Below are positions 8,899-17,337 of a stretch of 24,770 nt of DNA, one piece after another. Under the pieces are notes generated by a model. It searched no databases. It was not told the origin of the DNA and saw only the letters and a list, made by a program, of their open reading frames with translations. Origin of the DNA: an uncultured Dictyoglomota bacterium (GTDB lineage Bacteria > Dictyoglomota > Dictyoglomia > Dictyoglomales > Dictyoglomaceae); the NCBI GenBank assembly GCA_964654465.1, contig CAZZIO010000036.1, forward strand, positions 1-24,770, given 5' to 3'. The position numbers and the translations under genes are program-made. Positions within the stretch are counted from its first letter, which is position 1. Every line of letters begins with the position of its first letter.

Positions 8899-9927
8899 AT
8901 TTACCACTTTATCTATAATATTTTTTGCCTCATCTATATCATCAAAGGATACATCTTTGTGAGTCACAAATCTTAAAGTCTCTTCATCAAAACTTGTAGC
9001 AAGTAGTCCATAGTCTTTGAACCTTTTAATCAAATCAGAAGCCTTAAAACCATTTTTTATTTTTACCTTTAAAATATTGGTTTCTGGCTTTTTAATGTCA
9101 AAAATTGGTATAGTTTTGAGAAAATCATATAAATTGTAAGCCTTCCTATGATCCTCCTCTAAGCGATCTATCATATTATCTAAAGCCCAAAGACCACAAG
9201 CAGCAACAACTCCAGCCTGCCTCAAGCCCCCACCCAACCTTTGCCTATTTTTTCTTGCCCTCTCAATAAAATTTGAAGATCCCACAAGAAGAGAACCCAT
9301 AGGGCAAGAAAGACCCTTGGAAAGACAAAACATCACTGAATCGGCATATTTAGCTATCTCCTTTGCAGGAACCTTTAAATAAATGGAAGCATTAAAAATT
9401 CTTGCCCCATCAAGATGAATAGGTATGTTATATTCTCTACTTAATTCATATACCTCTTTCATATAATCTAAAGGAAGTACCTTTCCTCCAGCCCTATTGT
9501 GAGTATTTTCTAAAACAATTAAAGAGGTTTTTGGAAATACCTTTCCTTGTGGTCTAATCGCTTTTCTAATCTTTTCTACAGGCATCATTCCATCTTCACC
9601 TTGAATAAGGAATGGTTGCACCCCAGCATTTCCTGCCATCCCACCTGCTTCATAATAGTACATATGGGATTCTGCCTCAAGAATAACCTCGTCTCCTCTT
9701 GATGTCCAAGAAAGAAGAGCCACCTGATTCCCCATAGTTCCTGAGACTACAAAAAGAGCGGATTCTTTACCTAAAAGCTCTGCTGCTTTTTTTTCTAATA
9801 GATTTACTGTAGGGTCCTCACCATACCCATCATCACCTACTTCAGCTAAATACATAGCCTTTCTCATCTCTTCTGTGGGCTTTGTAACAGTATCACTTCT
9901 TAAATCAATAATTTTCAATTTTTTCAC
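8884..9927 (-). CDS. ltaE: Low-specificity L-threonine aldolase
   Basis: DLRSDTVT, GDDGYGEDP, SGTMGN, ENTHN, HLDGARIFNA and the PLP-Lys motif CLSKGL. GTG start. Overlaps the HEPN 3' end by 15 nt. Confidence 0.95.
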   Translation of the reverse strand: MKKLKIIDLRSDTVTKPTEEMRKAMYLAEVGDDGYGEDPTVNLLEKKAAELLGKESALFVVSGTMGNQVALLSWTSRGDEVILEAESHMYYYEAGGMAGNAGVQPFLIQGEDGMMPVEKIRKAIRPQGKVFPKTSLIVLENTHNRAGGKVLPLDYMKEVYELSREYNIPIHLDGARIFNASIYLKVPAKEIAKYADSVMFCLSKGLSCPMGSLLVGSSNFIERARKNRQRLGGGLRQAGVVAACGLWALDNMIDRLEEDHRKAYNLYDFLKTIPIFDIKKPETNILKVKIKNGFKASDLIKRFKDYGLLATSFDEETLRFVTHKDVSFDDIDEAKNIIDKVVNSLHL

Positions 9928-10115
9928 CTCTTCCTTATACGTTACTCTTTTAGAAGTTTATAACTATTATATTATCTTGAATTTTAAAGTGTAAATGAAA
10001 ACTTTGAGGAAATTCAAAAAACAAATAATATTGAAAATAAGAGAGCCTTATGTGTATAAAAAATAAGAAAGAAAAGAATTGATAAAAAGGTAGATTTTCC
10101 CTCTTCTACAAAATA

Positions 10116-10144
10116 TTGCCAGACTATAAATTTATAAGTATAAT
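10116..10144 (+). promoter_or_regulatory. Sigma70-type promoter of the DUF2892 gene
   Basis: TTGCCA-N17-TATAAT. The spacer contains the perfect palindrome TATAAATTTATA (10125-10136). Confidence 0.65.
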
Positions 10145-10174
10145 TAAAATAAAGCTTAATTAGGGGGTGAAAGG

Positions 10175-10366
10175 ATGAACATCGGGAAGACTGACGCCAT
10201 CATTAGGGTGATCGTTGGTATGATTTTACCTCATCTTACAAAATGGGGAATTGTTTCAGGGACTGCTTGGGGTATAATCTTACATATAATAGGGTTTATT
10301 TTAGTATTTACTGCGGCCGTAAGATATTGTCCTCTCTATAAACTTATAAATAAATCTACAGCTTAA
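10175..10366 (+). CDS. DUF2892 (YgaP-like) small membrane protein
   Basis: NIGKTDAIIR start, two TM helices and a C-terminal YCPLY motif. SD GGGGTG. Confidence 0.85.
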   Translation: MNIGKTDAIIRVIVGMILPHLTKWGIVSGTAWGIILHIIGFILVFTAAVRYCPLYKLINKSTA

Positions 10367-10368
10367 AA

Positions 10369-10398
10369 AAAAGAGGGGGATTTTCTCCCCCCTCTTTT
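10369..10398. terminator. Bidirectional intrinsic terminator closing the pectin operon and the DUF2892 gene
   Basis: AAAAGAGGGGG...CCCCCTCTTTT inverted repeat between convergent stop codons. Confidence 0.85.
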
Positions 10399-11488
10399 AA
10401 AATCTATTTATAACTATCTTTCCTGCCTTTTTCTCTTTTAAAAGTTTTAATCCTTCATTTATTTCTTCTAAGGATATCCTATGAGTTATCATTTCTCTGA
10501 AAATATCCTCATGTTTTTCTATGAATGTTACAGCCTTTCTAAAGTGTCTTGCATCACTTACCCATACCCCTTGAACATTCAAATTCTTTGAAGAGATATC
10601 ATAAAAATCTATGGGTATTTTATCTTGAGGTGTAGCAATTCCAACTATTAAATATGTACCACCTTTTCTAAGTAATTTTATCCCTTCAGTTATAGCACTA
10701 TTAAAACCAGTAGCCTCAATTACCACATCTGCTCCTTTTCCGTATGTTACATCATATACTTTTTTTATTCTTTCTTCCTCAGTAAACTCGTCTCTTTTTA
10801 TTACAAGATCAATACCTATCTTTTGAGCTACCTCTATTCTTTTTAGGCTTCCCGTTATAAGCACTACATTTTTAGCTCCCTGATACTTAGCTAAAGCAGC
10901 AGAAAAAAGCCCCAAAGGTCCTCCCCCTTGAACCACCACAGTACTACCTAACAGGTTATCCTTCAAATAGTCAAAGGCATGAACTGCTGTAGCTCCTGAA
11001 CAACCAGCTATCACCATTGTTTCTAAATCTACTTTTAAAGAAAGTTTTATGACTTCAGTTTTTTCTTCTAATATTATGTACTCACTAAATGCTCCAAGAA
11101 GATAGGGGTATTCCGAAAATGATCTATTAATTCCATAAACTTTTCGGTTTTCACATAAAAATGGCTCATTTAATACTTTACAGTAGAAACATTCTCCACA
11201 CACAATCCCTCTATTCCAAATAATTAGATCTCCTTTCCTTAATGATACCCCATTAAGATCCTTCTTTTCTCCATTAATTTCTACTACTTCTCCTACCCCT
11301 TCATGACCTAAAATTATAGGCAAAGGCACTCTGGGATCCTTTCCCTCTATGATGTGCAGATCTGATCCACAAACACCTGATGCGACTAATTTTACTAAAA
11401 GTCCACCAGAAGGAATTTCAGGTATCTCTACACTTTTCAAAACTAAGGGTTTATTAAATTCTTCCAGAACTGCAACCTTAGCCTTCAT
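10397..11488 (-). CDS. Zn-dependent medium-chain dehydrogenase/reductase (TM0436-like MDR)
   Basis: GVCGSD, GHEG, structural-Zn CGECFYC...C, third ligand in GCSGAT, Rossmann GGGPLG. Confidence 0.9.
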   Translation of the reverse strand: MKAKVAVLEEFNKPLVLKSVEIPEIPSGGLLVKLVASGVCGSDLHIIEGKDPRVPLPIILGHEGVGEVVEINGEKKDLNGVSLRKGDLIIWNRGIVCGECFYCKVLNEPFLCENRKVYGINRSFSEYPYLLGAFSEYIILEEKTEVIKLSLKVDLETMVIAGCSGATAVHAFDYLKDNLLGSTVVVQGGGPLGLFSAALAKYQGAKNVVLITGSLKRIEVAQKIGIDLVIKRDEFTEEERIKKVYDVTYGKGADVVIEATGFNSAITEGIKLLRKGGTYLIVGIATPQDKIPIDFYDISSKNLNVQGVWVSDARHFRKAVTFIEKHEDIFREMITHRISLEEINEGLKLLKEKKAGKIVINRF

Positions 11489-13265
11489 AGTTTTTAGGTC
11501 TTATAGGTTCTTTTATTTCATATTTTAACTCTCCATCTCTTTTATAAAATATTATGTACTTATTCCATTCAGACTTTTTAGGAAGGAAATCCATAACAGG
11601 GGGATTGAACTTTTTAAATCTTAAATGAGGACCTCTACTTTCATCCCTTATTAAAATAGCATTTAAAATTAATTCCGCAATATCTAACATATTTAAAGTC
11701 TCATAGTAATAGAAGATCCCATTCTCATCCAAGGAAACACCCTCTTTTTTAATTTCCTTTATCAAAGATATACCTTTTTTAATATCTTCTTCCATTCTAA
11801 CTAAAAATCCATATTCAGATACAATATCTCTGATCTTTTCCCTAACTAACTTTGAGGGTAAACCCCTTTGAGAAATTCTTTCTTCCACCTCATCCAAATT
11901 AAAATCTACAAAATCTACTTTAGAAGCGTATTGAACTGCATTTTCTCCCGCTATTTTACCAAATACTTGAGTATCAAGGAGTGAATTTCCCCCAGGACGA
12001 TTGGCACCATGTTGCCCACCTGCTACTTCTCCAGCAGCATAAAGCCCTTCTAAACTTGCTCTTGCATCTTCCTTTATTTTTACCCCTCCTTGAAAATGTT
12101 GAAGAGCATTTTGTATGGGAAGCAATTCCCTGGAAAGATCTATATTATAATTTTTCAGCCATTCAATAATTGAAGGATTTATTAATTTAAGCCTTTCATA
12201 GGGAGTAGTATCTTTAAAAATCTCTTTTCCAATCTTTTCACTCCATTTCAATATTTCTTCTGGAATACTTTCATAAGATAAGTAAGATGGATTTTCCATA
12301 AAATTCATATATACTTTGTGGCCTTGTTTTATATGATGATAGACAGCCAAATCAATTACCTTTGTAGGTGATTCGTAAGATACTGGCCAACGAGCTCCCT
12401 TTTTAAACTCAAGAACACAAAGATTAGCTTTATCCTCTTCTGAAAGATAATCTAACAAAAATTCTCTACCATTTTCATCCACTATCTTAGGCAAAGCTCT
12501 AAACATACTTCCTGATTCAGCAAAGAGAATCTGAGGATGGCATATACCAATCTGCATAAACTCCATATTAACCATTTGAGCCCCAGCTCTTAAAGATATT
12601 GCATATCCATCACCTGTCATTTCTGAAGTAAATACATTTTGACGATATAAAGATCCTGCTCCACCTGTAGCAATCACAAAAGCCTTTCCCTTAATAATTA
12701 TTTTTTCTTGCGTACTCATATCTATAGCTTTTGCTCCAACAACCCTATTATCTTTGACTATAAGATCATAAACCATTACATTTTCATAAGTCTCAATATT
12801 TGTTTCTCTTATCTTCTTAGCTAACGCTTTAGCTATCTCAATAGAAGTGTTTGGTCCTACATAACACGCCCTGGGATATTCGGAACCATCGGTAAGAAAT
12901 TGATCAATCTTTCCATCGTGGGTTCTGACAAAAGGTACCCCTATAGATATAAGGTAGTTAATAGCTTCTTCACTATTTTTAGCCAATATTTCAGCCAGAT
13001 TGTAATCCGATACTTCTCCTCCGATCTTATATATATCCATAGCATGATAAATATAATTATTTTGTATAGGTAATGTATAGGATAATGTAGCATGAAAAGC
13101 CATTCTATCTGAAAAGGCATTAGCAGTTACGCCACCTTTGCCAATCGGTTTCTTAGATAATAAGATAATTTTCAAATTTGGATTTTTTTCATAAGCAGTT
13201 AAAGCAGATCTAAGACCTGCCCCTCCAGCACCTATAACTATCACATCACCCTTAATTACTTTCAT
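11478..13265 (-). CDS. FAD-dependent oxidoreductase, fumarate reductase/succinate dehydrogenase/NadB flavoprotein family, substrate unknown
   Basis: VIVIGAGGAG, ATGGAG, TGDG, NMEF, HFQGG, GLYAAGE, HGANRPGGNSL and ESRGPH motifs. Lacks the SHT covalent-FAD His motif. Confidence 0.88.
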   Translation of the reverse strand: MKVIKGDVIVIGAGGAGLRSALTAYEKNPNLKIILLSKKPIGKGGVTANAFSDRMAFHATLSYTLPIQNNYIYHAMDIYKIGGEVSDYNLAEILAKNSEEAINYLISIGVPFVRTHDGKIDQFLTDGSEYPRACYVGPNTSIEIAKALAKKIRETNIETYENVMVYDLIVKDNRVVGAKAIDMSTQEKIIIKGKAFVIATGGAGSLYRQNVFTSEMTGDGYAISLRAGAQMVNMEFMQIGICHPQILFAESGSMFRALPKIVDENGREFLLDYLSEEDKANLCVLEFKKGARWPVSYESPTKVIDLAVYHHIKQGHKVYMNFMENPSYLSYESIPEEILKWSEKIGKEIFKDTTPYERLKLINPSIIEWLKNYNIDLSRELLPIQNALQHFQGGVKIKEDARASLEGLYAAGEVAGGQHGANRPGGNSLLDTQVFGKIAGENAVQYASKVDFVDFNLDEVEERISQRGLPSKLVREKIRDIVSEYGFLVRMEEDIKKGISLIKEIKKEGVSLDENGIFYYYETLNMLDIAELILNAILIRDESRGPHLRFKKFNPPVMDFLPKKSEWNKYIIFYKRDGELKYEIKEPIRPKNYEG

Positions 13266-14421
13266 TGTCTTTCCTCCTTGGTATCATGCGTATTGCTTTT
13301 ACAGGGCAAAGCTTTACACATAAACCACAACCATCACATAAATCAGTAATAATATATTTTCCATTTTTCTCGATTGGAGCATCATAAATACATACCTTCT
13401 TACATATCCCACAAGAGGTGCAAAGATTTTCATCTATACATGCTTCATAAAGATGTCTTCTATCAATATCATTATTCCCAAGAATAACCTTCCCTGAAAC
13501 TTTCCCCCTAAACTCTGAAGGACTTGTATAATTCTTTTTCTCCATGAATCTCTTTAATCCTTCTAATATTTTTGAAATGATTTCATAACCCATAAGATAG
13601 ACCACACTGCATATTTGAACAACATCAGCACCAGTTAGTATATACTTAGCCACATCATCTCCACTCCCCACTCCTCCAGAGCCTGCAATTGATAATTTCA
13701 AATGAGGACGAGAGGTTGCAATCCATCTCAGAACATAATTAAATGCCCAAGGACCACCATGTCCAGCATAACCACCATGTAAAATAGGCTTTTCTGTATC
13801 AAGATCTATATCAAGACCCGTTAACCTATTAAACATAACAACTCCGTTAACCCCAATATCTTCCAAAATTTTAGCTATTGCCAGAGGAGATGAAAGTTGC
13901 ATAGGCAGTTTTACAATTATGGGAATATTTACATTTTCTCTTACCATTTTCGCCACTCTCAAGATAGTATCATCCACATCTTGTCCTCTAAAGGATATGG
14001 ATGCATGAGGACAAGAGACATTAAGTTCAAGAGCAGGAGCACCTACTTCTTCCGCCATCTTTGAATATTTAAACCAACCCTCATCGGTTATACAATTTAT
14101 ACTGGGGATTACTGGTATAGATAAGGTATTTAAGGCCTTACTAATCTCCTTAAAATATTCTTCAGGACCAAAAGGGCTTGCCTGCTCAAAGGAATAAAAT
14201 GTCTGAGATCTAAGAGGTCCCATGGTCCTATTTATTATCTCAAATCGAGGAGTAGGTGATATCCTACATATTTCTTCCTCAAAAAGAGATTTTACCACCA
14301 CCGCCCCTGCTCCATTTTCTTCACATTTTTTCATATTTTTAACATTTTCTGTAAGTCCTGAAGACGCAATAATAATAGGATTTTTAAGCTTCAATCCTAC
14401 ATAATTGCAAGATAAGTCCAT
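13252..14421 (-). CDS. Dihydroorotate/dihydropyrimidine dehydrogenase-like FMN protein with C-terminal 2x[4Fe-4S] ferredoxin domain
   Basis: LKNPIIIASS, VVKSLFEE, ELNVSCPH (catalytic Cys loop), IIVKL, MFNRL and GSGGV. Cluster motifs CTSCGICKKVC and CDGCGLCVKLCP. Confidence 0.88.
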   Translation of the reverse strand: MDLSCNYVGLKLKNPIIIASSGLTENVKNMKKCEENGAGAVVVKSLFEEEICRISPTPRFEIINRTMGPLRSQTFYSFEQASPFGPEEYFKEISKALNTLSIPVIPSINCITDEGWFKYSKMAEEVGAPALELNVSCPHASISFRGQDVDDTILRVAKMVRENVNIPIIVKLPMQLSSPLAIAKILEDIGVNGVVMFNRLTGLDIDLDTEKPILHGGYAGHGGPWAFNYVLRWIATSRPHLKLSIAGSGGVGSGDDVAKYILTGADVVQICSVVYLMGYEIISKILEGLKRFMEKKNYTSPSEFRGKVSGKVILGNNDIDRRHLYEACIDENLCTSCGICKKVCIYDAPIEKNGKYIITDLCDGCGLCVKLCPVKAIRMIPRRKDNESN

Positions 14422-14435
14422 ACAAATTTCCTCCT

Positions 14436-15197
14436 TTATTTCTTACCCCTTAAAGCATTAGATATTTTCTCGCAAGTTTTCAAAAGTTCAGAGAGATACA
14501 TATCTTTATTTTCCTCTACCGATAAGTAGTATCCAGATATAGAGACTGCAGCTACAACCCTCTGAGAAAAATCAAAGATAGGAGCACCAATACATTTTAT
14601 TCCTCTTTCATTTTCCTCATTATCAAAAGCATATCCTTGATTCCTAACCTTCTGCAATTCTTCTCTTAATTTATTAGGGTCTGTAATAGTTTTATCTGTT
14701 CTTGGAATCAAAGGTACCTTCTTAAGATAATCCTCTATATAATCGTCGGAGCTAAAAGCAAGAAGAACTTTACCAAAACTTGTTGAATAAAGAGGCATTC
14801 TCATACCTATTCTTGACATCATAGGAAGAGTCCCTGGACCTTCTACTTTGTCAATATATACTCCTTCATATCCATCTTTTATAGTTAAATGTACTGTCTG
14901 CTTTGTGTTCTCCATTAACTCAATAAGATAGGGACGAGCAATATCTCTTAAATCAAGACTTTGAAGAATATAGGAAGAAAGTTCAAGAATTCTAAATCCT
15001 GGCTTATATAATCCTGCAGGTGTCTTTCTAACATATCCCTTATCAATTAAAGTTGACAGATAACGATGTACAGTAGATATGTGAAGCCCAATCTCCTCCG
15101 ATATCTCTTTTAAAGAAACCTCTCTTCCAGCCAAAATTATATACTCAAGAATATCTAAAGTTTGCCCTGCAGATCCAATACCTATTTTAGATTTCAT
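14436..15197 (-). CDS. IclR-family transcriptional regulator (KdgR-like by context)
   Basis: HTH LKEISEEIGLHISTVHRYL and effector-domain motifs GMRMPLYSTSFGK, GYAFDNEE and CIGAPIF. Start placed at ATG 15197, an ATGA overlap with the kdgK stop. Confidence 0.92.
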   Translation of the reverse strand: MKSKIGIGSAGQTLDILEYIILAGREVSLKEISEEIGLHISTVHRYLSTLIDKGYVRKTPAGLYKPGFRILELSSYILQSLDLRDIARPYLIELMENTKQTVHLTIKDGYEGVYIDKVEGPGTLPMMSRIGMRMPLYSTSFGKVLLAFSSDDYIEDYLKKVPLIPRTDKTITDPNKLREELQKVRNQGYAFDNEENERGIKCIGAPIFDFSQRVVAAVSISGYYLSVEENKDMYLSELLKTCEKISNALRGKK

Positions 15198-16156
15198 CTT
15201 TCTACACTCCATTCATTATTAAAAGATTCTAAAAACCCTTCTAAAGTCTCTTCATCCAATGCTAAAAAGTCACCAAATACACTCATCTTTAGTGATGCTA
15301 ATATATTTCCATATTTGGCACATTCTTCAAGAGTTTTACCCTTTAAATACCCATAGAGAAAACCAGCAACAAATGCATCTCCCGCCCCAATTCTATCTAC
15401 CATATCTGTAGATAAAGCCTTTTGAAGAAAATATTTATCCCCATAAAGTACAGAACATCCTTCTTCCCCTCTTGTAAGGACATAAATTTTTTCCTTTCCA
15501 AACCTCTTCTGAAGATTATATAAAATTTTATCATCTTCTACATTATTTCCAAAGAGTAACTTGTAATCTTCTTTCTTAATAAAAAGTATATCTACAAAGG
15601 GAATCACTATATCTAAGAATCTACGACATTCTTCTACACCCCATAACTTTTGTCTAAAATTTACATCAAAGGATAATTTTTGACTCTCTTTTTTGGATGT
15701 ACAGATCTTTATCACATTATTTTTACATATCTCACTTAAGCTGGGAGTTATTCCAGTAAGATGAATAAGTTTGGCTTTTTTTAGATAATCAAGATCACTA
15801 TCAGAAAGAGGAGTTAAGGAAAAAGAAGAATTTTTTCTATCATAAAGCACTTTTATGCCTTTTGTTCTATGATGAAGCTCCACAAAATACATTCCCATTC
15901 TTCCTTCTGATATAAGCCTCACCCTATTTGTTCCAACACCATATTTTCTAAGCTCACTTAAAGCTCTATAACCCAAAAAATTGTTAGGAAAAAAAGATAT
16001 AAACTCAGTTTTTAATCCTAACAAAGAAAGGGAGATAAGAACATTAGCCTCTGTACCACCTATTTCCACGTTCCAAGTATTACTACTTAGAAAAGTACGA
16101 TATCTCTCAGGGGTGATTCTTACCATCACCTCACCATAAGAAATAATATCCACCAT
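15194..16156 (-). CDS. kdgK: PfkB-family sugar kinase, probable 2-keto-3-deoxygluconate kinase
   Basis: YGEVM, GGTEANV, YDR, LTGITP, FDVNFRQKLW and DRIGAGDAF are KdgK-type motifs. Pectin context. Confidence 0.8.
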   Translation of the reverse strand: MVDIISYGEVMVRITPERYRTFLSSNTWNVEIGGTEANVLISLSLLGLKTEFISFFPNNFLGYRALSELRKYGVGTNRVRLISEGRMGMYFVELHHRTKGIKVLYDRKNSSFSLTPLSDSDLDYLKKAKLIHLTGITPSLSEICKNNVIKICTSKKESQKLSFDVNFRQKLWGVEECRRFLDIVIPFVDILFIKKEDYKLLFGNNVEDDKILYNLQKRFGKEKIYVLTRGEEGCSVLYGDKYFLQKALSTDMVDRIGAGDAFVAGFLYGYLKGKTLEECAKYGNILASLKMSVFGDFLALDEETLEGFLESFNNEWSVER

Positions 16157-16179
16157 ATTTCCTCCCTCTTTCTATGGAT

Positions 16180-17325
16180 TTATTCCCTAAACTTTACTAC
16201 ATACATCTCACTATTAGCAGTACTAAAAGACTCAGATCTACCTACGATCACTACATAATCAAGATCATATATAGCTCCCCAACCCTCATCCAAATCCGCT
16301 CCACCAAAAAACTTCTCCCAAATAAGATCCCCATCCTCATTAATCTTCACCACATATACATCACTATTTCCTGCCCCTTTAGAATTAGATCCGCCTACTA
16401 TCAAATATCCCTTTTCATCTTTAGAAGGCATAATAAGGAAGCCCGTCTCATAACCTTTACCACCATAAGTTTTCTCCCATATTTTGTTTCCATCTTTGTC
16501 TATCTTTATTACATATAGATCAGGATTATCAGAAAAAGAATTGGAGTTTCCAACAATCATATAACCATCCCTGCAAGAAGTAATACTGTATGCATAATCA
16601 AATCCCTTACCCCCAAAAACCTTATCCCAAATCAAGTTTCCTTTTTTATCCACTTTTATTACATATATATCCTGAGATTCTGAAAAAGAATTAGATATCC
16701 CTACAGCCACATAACCATCTTTATCAGACACTACCCCATATCCATATTCGCTCATTTTATCTCCAAATGCTTTTTCCCAAAGCTTATTACCCTTACCATC
16801 GATTTTTAATAGATAAAGATCATATTGCCCTTTTCCAAAAGAATTAGTCCTTCCAACTATGACAAAATTACCATCAGAATCCTTTGTCACTCTCCAACCT
16901 TCTTCAAAACCTTTACCGCCAAAAGTTTTTTGCCATAAGAGATCTCCATTTTCATCTATCTTTAACACATATACATCACTATTTCCTGCTCCCAAAGATC
17001 TGGTACCACCAACAACAAGATATCCATCCTCTGCCTCATTTATAGAATAGGCATAATCATCCTTAGACCCGCCATAAAATTTCTCCCAAACTTTTTCCCC
17101 TTTTCTGTCTATCTTAAGAATATAAACATCTTTTCCTCCACTACCAAAAGATGAAGTCTCTCCTACAAGAATATATCCATCCTTACTTTTAACTATTCCA
17201 TAACCTTTTTCACTTTTTTCACCACCATATACACTCTGCCCAAAATCCAACATTTCTTTTTCTTGAGAAAAAGAAATAACAAACAGAGAAAAGAAAGTTA
17301 AAAAGAAAATCAAAAACCTTTTCAT
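16180..17325 (-). CDS. Secreted seven-repeat beta-propeller protein, function unknown
   Basis: Sec-type signal peptide (MKRFLIFF...SFS/QE). Seven ~50-aa repeats of the form WEK.YGG...D.AYSI....DGY.VVG...S.G.G..DVYVLKID..G. Confidence 0.8.
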   Translation of the reverse strand: MKRFLIFFLTFFSLFVISFSQEKEMLDFGQSVYGGEKSEKGYGIVKSKDGYILVGETSSFGSGGKDVYILKIDRKGEKVWEKFYGGSKDDYAYSINEAEDGYLVVGGTRSLGAGNSDVYVLKIDENGDLLWQKTFGGKGFEEGWRVTKDSDGNFVIVGRTNSFGKGQYDLYLLKIDGKGNKLWEKAFGDKMSEYGYGVVSDKDGYVAVGISNSFSESQDIYVIKVDKKGNLIWDKVFGGKGFDYAYSITSCRDGYMIVGNSNSFSDNPDLYVIKIDKDGNKIWEKTYGGKGYETGFLIMPSKDEKGYLIVGGSNSKGAGNSDVYVVKINEDGDLIWEKFFGGADLDEGWGAIYDLDYVVIVGRSESFSTANSEMYVVKFRE

Positions 17326-17337
17326 AAACCCTCTCCT

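Noticed and set aside
9928-10115. Riboswitch or ncRNA upstream of ltaE
   Set aside because: Very A-rich with no convincing paired structure or recognisable aptamer motif. No tRNA or rRNA was seen anywhere in the window.
11478-14421. Calling these genes sdhA/frdA/nadB and pyrD/preA
   Set aside because: Partner subunits and pathway neighbours are absent and substrate-binding motifs are altered, so only family-level calls are supported.
16180-17325. Periodic ~150-bp nucleotide similarity (also in 23003-24184) as a CRISPR array or DGR-type repeat
   Set aside because: Explained by in-frame protein repeats. There are no identical repeats with unique spacers, and no cas or reverse transcriptase genes.
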